In this document: positions 23,362 through 30,347 of the stretch, in pieces
How the letters are laid out: every line of letters begins with the position of its first letter
Numbering within the stretch: the stretch's first letter is position 1
Source of the DNA: a virus
Direction: 5' to 3' (one strand)
IMG/VR virus record: IMGVR_UViG_3300043331_001419
Coordinates: 1 to 39,378 of that record
DNA length: 39,378 nt
Position numbers and translations under genes: made by a program
The notes under the pieces: model-generated
Databases searched by the model: none
Seen by the model: the letters and a program-made list of their open reading frames with translations, nothing else
Told to the model about the DNA's origin: nothing

Positions 23362-23841
23362 TTACCGCAGCTTCGCGAACGCGAGATAGAGGTCGATCGT
23401 GTCGTCGGCCTCGATGTTGCCGGTGTCGACCATGGCCTCCACGCGGATCGGCTCCGCGGCAGAGATCACGACCGGCGCCAGCGTGCCGGCCTTGGCGACC
23501 ACGCCGCCGCCGCTGTCCTCGTTGTCGAACACGGCGTTGTCGTCGGCGGTCGCCAGCGTGCCGTCGATCTGGCGGAACGCGTTGAAGCCGACGTGGACGT
23601 CCGCGTTCGCCGCCATCTGCGTCGTGCTCAGGTACGACAGGTGCGGGTAGATGACGTACTCGCCGGCGGGGAGCGTGCCGAGGTAGACCACCCCCGTGCC
23701 GGCGCCCTGCGTGGCGGTGTGCGTCCACCGCGAGAACTTCTTGATCTGGACGACGCCCGGCGCCAGGGTCTTGAGGACCGGCGCGGTGGTCTCCTTGACG
23801 TAGTCCGGGGCGCTGACCGGTGAACCTGTGAATGCGGCCAT
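23362..23841 (-). CDS. Hypothetical structural protein next to the capsid gene (159 aa; decoration-protein position)
   Basis: ORF track. Sequence: MAAFTGSPVSAPDYVKETTAPVLKTLAPGVVQIKKFSRWTHTATQGAGTG... Confidence 0.7.
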   Translation of the reverse strand: MAAFTGSPVSAPDYVKETTAPVLKTLAPGVVQIKKFSRWTHTATQGAGTGVVYLGTLPAGEYVIYPHLSYLSTTQMAANADVHVGFNAFRQIDGTLATADDNAVFDNEDSGGGVVAKAGTLAPVVISAAEPIRVEAMVDTGNIEADDTIDLYLAFAKLR

Positions 23842-23880
23842 TGGTTCAGTTCCTCTCTTTCTGCGGAGTCAGCGCGCTGA

Positions 23881-24774
23881 CTACGCGACCTCGCGGATCT
23901 TGCACTCGACGACGCCCGCCTCTTCGATGCGCGTGGCGCCGGCGGACACGGACGCGAACACCTGCCAGGCGTAGCTGAGGTCGCTGCGCTGGTCGATCCG
24001 CACGTCGATGTCCTGGGCGACGGCGAGGCCGACGCACGACTTGTGGAACGCGACGCACGAGCGATCGAGCGAGCCGTCGATGCTCAGGCGGTTGGACATG
24101 ATCCACTTGAAGCCCATCCAGAGGGCGTCGGCCGGGAGCATGCCGGTCTTCAGCGCGTTGAGCGTCGAGTAGTCCGAGGAGGTGACTTCCACCTCCGCGA
24201 GCAGGTCCTCGATGCCCTGCGGGCTGATCACGAAGTAGCGGTCCTCCTGCGGGACCTCGTCCTCGTTCAGCACGCGCACGACCTGGCTGACCTTCTCGAA
24301 GGTCAGGCCCGTGGTGCCGCTGGCGATGACGTGCGAGCCGGAGTCCCACGAGGCCAGCGTGACGGCGCTGGTGGCATCCGCGTCGTCGACCGACGTGGAG
24401 CTGCCGGTGAGGGCGGCGATGATGATGTCGTCGAAGAACCGGCCCACGCTCGCGGCGTGGTTGCGCGCGTACTTGTTCTTCGGCTCGATCAGCATCTTGA
24501 GCTGGTCCTGGGGGTCCAGCAGGATGGCGCCGCCCTTGTCCGTGAACGTGACCCGGCGGCGGGAGTGCACGGGGTTGAGGATCGGCGTGGCGGCGTGGCG
24601 CGACACGATCGTCTGCAGATCGCTGGCGCCGAGGCGCTCGAAGTTGTAGCTCTTCCCTTCGACGCCCGTCTCGACGGAGACGGCGCTGCGCAGCTTCGAG
24701 GTGCGCTGCTGCATGAGCTCGCGCAGCTCGCGGCTGTAGGCGTGAACGTATGCGACCGGGGCGGTTTCGGCCAT
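23881..24774 (-). CDS. Major capsid protein (T7 gp10-like, HK97 fold)
   Basis: ORF track 297 aa. ATG 24774 follows GGAAGGAGAG. Sequence: ...EDRYFVISPQGIEDLL...GFKWIMSNRL...SCVAFHKSCVGLAVAQDIDVRIDQRSDLSYAWQVFASVSAGATRIEEAGVV parallels the C-terminal half of T7-type capsid proteins. It follows the scaffold gene. Confidence 0.85.
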   Translation of the reverse strand: MAETAPVAYVHAYSRELRELMQQRTSKLRSAVSVETGVEGKSYNFERLGASDLQTIVSRHAATPILNPVHSRRRVTFTDKGGAILLDPQDQLKMLIEPKNKYARNHAASVGRFFDDIIIAALTGSSTSVDDADATSAVTLASWDSGSHVIASGTTGLTFEKVSQVVRVLNEDEVPQEDRYFVISPQGIEDLLAEVEVTSSDYSTLNALKTGMLPADALWMGFKWIMSNRLSIDGSLDRSCVAFHKSCVGLAVAQDIDVRIDQRSDLSYAWQVFASVSAGATRIEEAGVVECKIREVA

Positions 24775-24790
24775 CGGTCTCTCCTTCCGA

Positions 24791-24856
24791 AAGTCAGCGA
24801 ACGGTGCGACTGCTGTCTGACTTGTCGGAGGGGTAGCGGCCCGATGCCGGCCCTCC
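24791..24856 (-). promoter_or_regulatory. Structured leader upstream of the capsid gene (two hairpins)
   Basis: AAGTCAG (24791-24797) pairs with CTGACTT (24817-24823). GGAGGG (24827-24832) pairs with CCCTCC (24851-24856), with an inner GGCC/GGCC pair. TACCCCGG is repeated at 24892-24899 and 24902-24909. All lie in a 195-nt non-coding gap. Confidence 0.35.
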
Positions 24857-24969
24857 TCGCGCGCTGTCGCTGCGCTACCGCGCCGGGTCCTTACCCCGGC
24901 CTACCCCGGTCGCTCGCGCGAGTGCGGGGGACTGTCCTGCGGTGAACGGTCAGTGGCTGGTGATGAGCC

Positions 24970-25842
24970 TCACCGGGCCGCGGCGATGAGCCGCGCCTTC
25001 GTCTGCCAGAGCGCTTCGTACGCGTCCATCGCGCGCTTGTAGTCCGGGCTGCCGCGCTCCAGCCCCTCGAGCTGCTTGCGCGCGGCCTCGATCTTCGTGT
25101 CGACCTCGTCGGCGCTGAGCGCGCCCGGCGCGGTGCCGTCGATCAGGCCGTCCTCGGCGATCTGCAGCGCGATCGTGTGCCAGAGCTTGAGGAACTCCGG
25201 ATGCTGGTCGAGCTGCGTGGCCGCGATGGCCCCGCGCAGGGTGTCGGGCACGTAGTGGTCGAACGCGCGCTGCGCCAGGCCCACGTTGGCGTCGAAGTTG
25301 AGCCCCCAGGCCTTGCGCAGCTCGCCCTGGCCGGCGACGTACGTGTCGGCCAACCGGCGCTGCTCGCCCGTCATGTACTGGCGGAAGAGGTTGAGCGCGC
25401 CCTGCGCCTGCTGCGGCGTGAGGCCGAGCTTGAGGAAGCCCGGCTTCGCGATCTCGTCGATCGCCTGCGCGTTGATCGGGCCGAGCGACTTGTCGGCCTC
25501 GAGCTTCACGTCCGCGTAGCCCTGCACGTCCTTGGGCACGCCGAGCTTGTCCCAGAACGCGCGGACCTCGTCGGGCTTGGCGTCCGCGCCCGGGATCTTC
25601 GTCACGCCCTGGCCGATGAGCTTGCGCGCCTCGATCTGCGCCTTCGCGAGGTCGTCGACGCTCTTGTAGTTGTGCAGCGTCTTCTCGCCGCGCAGGCTCT
25701 CGTCCTTGAGGGTGGCGACCCACTCCGGCACCGCCCCGTTCGTCGCCGGCGGCGACGGGGGCGCGGCGGAGCTGGGAGCGCTCGCGGGCGGGGCGGCACT
25801 CGGGGCGGCAGCGGGCGCGGGGGCAGCGATCGGGTCGCTCAC
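24970..25842 (-). CDS. Scaffolding protein (T7 gp9 position)
   Basis: ORF track 290 aa. The N-terminus is Ala/Pro-rich and the rest is helical and acidic. It lies between portal and capsid. GTG 25842 is in a GTGA overlap. Confidence 0.75.
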   Translation of the reverse strand: MSDPIAAPAPAAAPSAAPPASAPSSAAPPSPPATNGAVPEWVATLKDESLRGEKTLHNYKSVDDLAKAQIEARKLIGQGVTKIPGADAKPDEVRAFWDKLGVPKDVQGYADVKLEADKSLGPINAQAIDEIAKPGFLKLGLTPQQAQGALNLFRQYMTGEQRRLADTYVAGQGELRKAWGLNFDANVGLAQRAFDHYVPDTLRGAIAATQLDQHPEFLKLWHTIALQIAEDGLIDGTAPGALSADEVDTKIEAARKQLEGLERGSPDYKRAMDAYEALWQTKARLIAAAR

Positions 25843-26159
25843 GAAGCGGACTCCTCTGTGGGGGCTGGGGCCGACGCGCTCGTGGCGCGGCGCTTGGCCG
25901 GCTTCGGCGTCTGGCCGCGCCGCACCCGCGCGCGGATGCGGAGCACGGCGGCCCGCAGCCCCTCGTTGTAGGCCATGAGCAGGGGATCGAGCGGGGCCGC
26001 GGGCGCGGGGCGACTCATCGTCGTGCGGTCGACGAACGACTCCGCCTCGAGCTCGTCCAGAATGGCGCGGCCATCCGGGCCGCCGAAGACGCGTGCATAG
26101 CGTCGCGCGCGCTCGGTCTGCGCGTCGGCGCCGTCGGGCTGGCGCGGTCCGTCGGTCAC
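25839..26159 (-). CDS. Conserved small head-module protein (106 aa; resembles Bbp19-type proteins, tentative)
   Basis: GTG 26159 is in a GTGA overlap. Sequence: ...ERARRYARVFGGPDGRAILDELEAESFVDRTTM...DPLLMAYNEGLRAAVLRIRARV. Confidence 0.55.
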   Translation of the reverse strand: MTDGPRQPDGADAQTERARRYARVFGGPDGRAILDELEAESFVDRTTMSRPAPAAPLDPLLMAYNEGLRAAVLRIRARVRRGQTPKPAKRRATSASAPAPTEESAS

Positions 26160-26347
26160 GTCAGCACCACCTCGGCCGCGCCATTGATCGTGGCCCGGCA
26201 CGTGCGGCACTCGAGGACGGTCTGCCGCGTGAACGCGTGCGTCTTGTACGCGAGCGCGTGGCCCTGGTGCGCGGCCTCGAACTCCTCGAAGGCCCGCTGC
26301 TCGGGCTGGCCCAGGACGAGCATCCCGCAGCGCTCGTAATCGCTCAC
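26156..26347 (-). CDS. Hypothetical protein (63 aa)
   Basis: GTG 26347 forms a GTGA overlap with the portal stop. Sequence: VSDYERCGMLVLGQPEQRAFEEFEAAHQGHALAYKTHAFTRQTVLECRTCRATINGAAEVVLT. Confidence 0.55.
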   Translation of the reverse strand: MSDYERCGMLVLGQPEQRAFEEFEAAHQGHALAYKTHAFTRQTVLECRTCRATINGAAEVVLT

Positions 26348-28020
26348 CGGCCGGCTCCGGTCATCGCGCCCGCCACGCCCCCGGGCACCGCGGCGTTCAG
26401 CTCGCGCACCAGCGGCGCCGCCTTGCCGCCGGCCTCGGCCAGCGTGGCGAGGCGCTCGAGCAGCGCCGCGCGCTCTTGGCCCTGCTGGCGCGCCTTGCGG
26501 AGCGCGTCCACCTGCGGCTTGCCGCGCACGATGTCGGCGGGCACGCCGAGGATGCCGGCGAGCTGGCGGCCCTCTTCGTCGGCGTCGAACAGATCCGCCG
26601 CCGTCGAGTTGCCGAGGCTGACCTGTTCGCCGAGCCACACGTTCTTGCGCTGGATCGCGAGGAGGTCAACCGATTTCTGGGCGCGCGCGAGCGGGCCCTC
26701 GAAGACCGTGTCGAGCTCGGCGCCCGTCTGCTGCAGCACGAGCGGGGGCGGGGGGAAGGCGTTCGCGCGATACATGAGCGCGAAGCCGCGTTCGACGAGC
26801 GGCCGGAGCAGCTCGACGGACAGGCGCCCGAACGTCGGGCCGAGCAGGCGCTGCATCTCCTCCTGCCGGTGCACCACCTCGGTCGCCGTCATCTGCGTCT
26901 TGTCGACGAGCTGCAGGTAGCGCACGAAGAACGCGTCGTTGATCTCCGCGCGCAGGTCTTCCTTTTCGACCTTGCCGACGTCGAAGCGGCCCTTGAGGTC
27001 CAGCGCCTGCACGGCGTTGTCCTCGTACACCACGTTGATGCCGGCGGGATCGAGGGTGACGTCGCCGATGACGGCCTCGTGCTTCTGCAGCAGCGGCGGG
27101 TCGACGGCCTTGGCGCTCGCCTCGAGCAGCAACTCGCGCAGCCGGTTGAGCGAGCGCGTCGGGCCGTAGGCGGTGTGGCCGGGGCCGCGGCCGTAGGTCT
27201 CGCCGCTGGACTTCGCCCAGCGCGGGACCAGGGCCGGGAACTCGCGGTAGCCGCCCTCGCTCAGGAGCTGGCCGCCGCTGTCGCCCGCGAGCACGTAGCA
27301 GGACGCCCAGGGCATGCTCAGGCCGTCGACGCGCCCGGGCCGGCGATCCGTGCGCGGATAGATCGCGTGGACGACCTGCACCGGCTCCTCCGGACGCGTG
27401 AGCGCCTTCTTCGCGACCTCGTCACCGACCCGGTCGCCCCAGAGCCGCACGGCGATGCGCGCGGGCAGGGTGAAGCGGCGGAACAGCACGTCGACCGTGC
27501 CGTCCTCGCCCTCCTCGATCACGAACTCGCCGTACGCCAGCGCCTTGAATCGGAAGCCGCCGAAGGTGCCTGCGCCCTGCGGCCGGATCCGCCGCCGGCG
27601 CTCCTCCATGAGCAGCGCGCCCGTGCCGAGGTAGACGAGGTCCTGGTAGGTCTCCGCGACCTCGAGATCGAAGTTGCTCTGGTTGAGCGCGGCGTAGAGC
27701 CGGTCGGCGCACTCCTCGCACCACGTCATGACGTCGTGGTCCTCGCGCAGCGCCTCGTCGCGGGGCTGCAGGCTGAACCACTTCTGCGCGGGGCTGGTGA
27801 GCGTGCCGTGGAGCGTGGCGGCCAAACGCTGGCCCGCCAGTTCCGCCGTCGAGTCGTACTGCCGGTCGGTCTGCTTGGTCCCCTCGGTCTCGGTGCGCGT
27901 CACGACCGCCTTGCGCGGGCAGACGAACTCGGCGAGCTCCTGCACGAAGCTCTCCGCCGTCGCCTTCTGTGTCTTCAGGCGGTCGTAGCGATCGAGCAGC
28001 GCCTTGGGGTCGGCCGGCAT
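26344..28020 (-). CDS. Portal (head-tail connector) protein, T7 gp8-like
   Basis: Start taken at ATG 28020 (MPADPKALLDRYDRLKTQKATAESFVQELAEFVCPRKA...), giving 558 aa. It is upstream of scaffold and capsid. Confidence 0.85.
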   Translation of the reverse strand: MPADPKALLDRYDRLKTQKATAESFVQELAEFVCPRKAVVTRTETEGTKQTDRQYDSTAELAGQRLAATLHGTLTSPAQKWFSLQPRDEALREDHDVMTWCEECADRLYAALNQSNFDLEVAETYQDLVYLGTGALLMEERRRRIRPQGAGTFGGFRFKALAYGEFVIEEGEDGTVDVLFRRFTLPARIAVRLWGDRVGDEVAKKALTRPEEPVQVVHAIYPRTDRRPGRVDGLSMPWASCYVLAGDSGGQLLSEGGYREFPALVPRWAKSSGETYGRGPGHTAYGPTRSLNRLRELLLEASAKAVDPPLLQKHEAVIGDVTLDPAGINVVYEDNAVQALDLKGRFDVGKVEKEDLRAEINDAFFVRYLQLVDKTQMTATEVVHRQEEMQRLLGPTFGRLSVELLRPLVERGFALMYRANAFPPPPLVLQQTGAELDTVFEGPLARAQKSVDLLAIQRKNVWLGEQVSLGNSTAADLFDADEEGRQLAGILGVPADIVRGKPQVDALRKARQQGQERAALLERLATLAEAGGKAAPLVRELNAAVPGGVAGAMTGAGR

Positions 28021-28030
28021 GGTCCCGTGA

Positions 28031-28723
28031 CTACTGCGCGGCCCAGATTCCGGTGGCGAGGCTGAGACTCCGCCACTGCGTGCCACCGTCCGCGATGAGC
28101 GCGATGGTGTCGCCGACGTTGCCGGCGGTGTTCTTGATCCCGGGCGCGCCGTCGGCCTCGGTCAGCAACGCCGTGGCTCCCGCAGCTCCGCCAAGCTCCG
28201 TGGTGAAGTACGTGACGAGGAACCCGTCGGTGTCGGCCGCGGCATCGATGTAGACGAGCGTGCCGGCGTTGGCCTGAACGATCGTGACCACGCACCCGGC
28301 CGTGGCCGCGCTCGGCAGCGTGAACGTCTGCGTGCCGCTCCCCGCGTTGGCGACGTACACGCGTCCGCAGTCGGCGGTGCCGACGGCGACGGTCGACGCG
28401 GTCGTGATCGTGACCGGCACCCGCCCGCCGGTGACGGCGCCGGCGAGCGTCAGGCTCGTCAGCGTCGGGGTGGCGCTCCACGCGGGCGCCGTGCCGGTCC
28501 CGGCCGAGGTGAGCACCTGGCCCGAGGCGACGGCGGCGAGCGAGGTCAGGCTGTTGCGATCTCGTCCGTAGACGAGGTCGCCCGTGCCCGGGTTGCCGGC
28601 CACGGGCAGGCGCCACGTGGAGGCGGCGTCGAGCCACGCCGGGGCGATGAAGGCGGTGCCGGCGGCGAGGCCGAGCAGCGCGGCGGCAACGAGGGCGTAG
28701 AGAGAGCGACGGGTCGTCTTCAC
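28031..28723 (-). CDS. Signal-anchored protein sharing a tail-fibre motif (230 aa)
   Basis: GTG 28723 lies 9 nt after AGGAGG. Sequence: VKTTRRSLYALVAAALLGLAAGTAFIAPAW... The motif GDLVYGRDRNSLTSLAAVASGQVLTSAGTGTAPAW parallels GDVLVGGATGVAARKAVGADGQVLAAA...LLW in the tail fibre. Confidence 0.65.
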   Translation of the reverse strand: MKTTRRSLYALVAAALLGLAAGTAFIAPAWLDAASTWRLPVAGNPGTGDLVYGRDRNSLTSLAAVASGQVLTSAGTGTAPAWSATPTLTSLTLAGAVTGGRVPVTITTASTVAVGTADCGRVYVANAGSGTQTFTLPSAATAGCVVTIVQANAGTLVYIDAAADTDGFLVTYFTTELGGAAGATALLTEADGAPGIKNTAGNVGDTIALIADGGTQWRSLSLATGIWAAQ

Positions 28724-29055
28724 GGGGCGAGTCCTCCTGGGACGGTCGGTGGATCGGTCAGCGCGAGCACGAGCGAGCAGCCGCGGCCCACGCCGCGGGC
28801 GAGGATGCAGAACGCTTCGGCCGGCGAGTCCTTGGCGCAGAGGCCCGCGCGGGCGACGGCGCCGGACGAGCCGACCATCCGGATCGGCAGGCCGTCGTGG
28901 CGGCCGGCGTAGACGGCGCACACGGTCGCCTGCGGCGTACCGATCGGGCGGACGCCCAGCAGGTGCTCGCAGCGCGTCCAGCCGTCCGCGCAGCAGAGGC
29001 CGCAGCGGTGGCACTCGCCGACGAGCTGGAGGCCGGCCAGCGGCACGCGGGTCAC
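28720..29055 (-). CDS. YkgJ-type CxxCxxCC zinc/iron-chelating domain protein (111 aa)
   Basis: ORF track (GTG start 29055). ECHRCGLCC, then CEHLL and TVCAVYAGRHDGLP, fit the CxxCxxCC ... C-x-(I/V)Y pattern of that family. Confidence 0.6.
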   Translation of the reverse strand: MTRVPLAGLQLVGECHRCGLCCADGWTRCEHLLGVRPIGTPQATVCAVYAGRHDGLPIRMVGSSGAVARAGLCAKDSPAEAFCILARGVGRGCSLVLALTDPPTVPGGLAP

Positions 29056-29126
29056 CAGGCCCCCACGACGAGGCCGCCGAGCATGACGGCGGTCACCAGC
29101 CAGAGCGCGATGCCGGTGACGACCAT
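29052..29126 (-). CDS. Possible 24-aa hydrophobic peptide
   Basis: Hand translation: MVVTGIALWLVTAVMLGGLVVGAW. The ATG overlaps the upstream TGA by 1 nt and the TGA is in a GTGA overlap with the next gene. It fills the gap exactly. Confidence 0.3.
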   Translation of the reverse strand: MVVTGIALWLVTAVMLGGLVVGAW

Positions 29127-29434
29127 CACCGGGCGCTCCGCGTCTCGCCGCCGCCCAGCACGCTCACGCGCCGCGTGGTGGCCGAGTCGGTGACGGACTC
29201 TTCGCCCGCCGCATACGACTCCATCGGATCGGACAGGCGCGTGCTGGCCGCTCCCCGGCGCTTCTTGGCGAGCCGCCGGGCCTGGCCCTCGGCCTCGCTG
29301 CGTTCCTTGGCGGCGGCGGGATCCTCTTCCTTCGGCGCCGGCGTCGGGGGCGGCGGCGAGGGCGAGTCCCCGCCCCCGAAGGCGAACAGCACGGGGGCGA
29401 GCAGCAGCGTGAGCCAGCCGAGGCCGTCGATCAC
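29126..29434 (-). CDS. Membrane-anchored protein with KKRRGAASTRL motif (102 aa)
   Basis: ORF track (GTG 29434, GTGA overlap). Has an N-terminal TM (LGWLTLLLAPVLFAF), a Pro-rich linker and a basic segment. Confidence 0.6.
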   Translation of the reverse strand: MIDGLGWLTLLLAPVLFAFGGGDSPSPPPPTPAPKEEDPAAAKERSEAEGQARRLAKKRRGAASTRLSDPMESYAAGEESVTDSATTRRVSVLGGGETRSAR

Positions 29435-30168
29435 GTCTGGGGCCCTGCCATGCGCACGGGCCTGGCGCCGCGCGGCGCGCGGATGACCGCCCGGCCGCGG
29501 TTGAGGGCCTCGAACACGTGCGCGCCGTACTTCTTCACGGCGGAGGCGTTCACGACGTACTCGCCTTCGTGCGCCGTGATCGGCTCGGCGCCGTCCGGCA
29601 TGTGCGCGCGATCGCGCACCAGGCCGCCGCGCTTGTAGCCGGCCGCGTCCCCGCCGCTCGAGGCGTCGCCGCCGCCGGCCGCGCCATCGCCACCGGCGGG
29701 CCCGTCGCCCGCCGCAGGGCCGTCGCCGCTGTCTCCGCTGTCGCCGCCGGGCGAGCCCGCGTCACCGCCCGCGATGCCGGGGGCGTCGGCGCCGACGTCG
29801 CCGACCGTGCCGTCGTCGCTCGCGTCGGTCCCCTCGTCGGCCGGATCACTGGTCGCCGCGCCGGGGTCGCCCGCGTCGCCACCGCCGATCACGATCGTGA
29901 CCGGGCCGCCGCTCGAGGCCGGTGCCGGCGGGGCGGGCGCCGGGGCAGGCGGCGCGGGCGGGGTCCCGTCCGGCACCGGGGTGTCCGGCACGGGCTGGAA
30001 CGCGGCCGTCTCGCGCCCGACTCCGGGCGCTCGCGCCGGCCCCGGCTCGGGCGCCCGGATCGCGCGCGCCCGCGCACGCTCGTCCTGCACGGCCTCGTCG
30101 TCCTGCACAGCCTCGCGCCGGCCCCCCAGCAGCGCTCTGCGGATCACGCTTGCCCCTCGCTTCGCCAT
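29431..30168 (-). CDS. Low-complexity acidic Gly/Asp/Pro-rich protein with conserved C-terminal module (245 aa)
   Basis: ATG 30168 overlaps the upstream TGA by 1 nt. Sequence: ...PPAPPAPAPAPPAP...GGDAGDPG...GDSGDSGDGPAAGDGPAGGDGAAGGGDASSGGD..., then GYKRGGLVRDRAHMPDGAEPITAHEGEYVVNASAVKKYGAHVFEALNRG. Confidence 0.6.
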   Translation of the reverse strand: MAKRGASVIRRALLGGRREAVQDDEAVQDERARARAIRAPEPGPARAPGVGRETAAFQPVPDTPVPDGTPPAPPAPAPAPPAPASSGGPVTIVIGGGDAGDPGAATSDPADEGTDASDDGTVGDVGADAPGIAGGDAGSPGGDSGDSGDGPAAGDGPAGGDGAAGGGDASSGGDAAGYKRGGLVRDRAHMPDGAEPITAHEGEYVVNASAVKKYGAHVFEALNRGRAVIRAPRGARPVRMAGPQT

Positions 30169-30347
30169 CAGCCCTGTCCTCCGGGTGTCGCCCAGCCGTG
30201 GGGCGCGTGGTCGCCGGCGCCGAAGCACCAGCACGTGGTGCCGTCGTGCACCGGCGGCAGATCGCACCGGCACGCCTCGCGCCCCTCGGTCGGGCAGGAG
30301 GCCAGGCACTTCGGACCCGCCTCGCGGCCGACGCGCGGCCGGCTCAC
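30168..30347 (-). CDS. Small Cys-rich protein (59 aa)
   Basis: GTG 30347 forms a GTGA overlap with the terminase stop. Sequence: VSRPRVGREAGPKCLASCPTEGREACRCDLPPVHDGTTCWCFGAGDHAPHGW... Confidence 0.5.
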   Translation of the reverse strand: MSRPRVGREAGPKCLASCPTEGREACRCDLPPVHDGTTCWCFGAGDHAPHGWATPGGQG

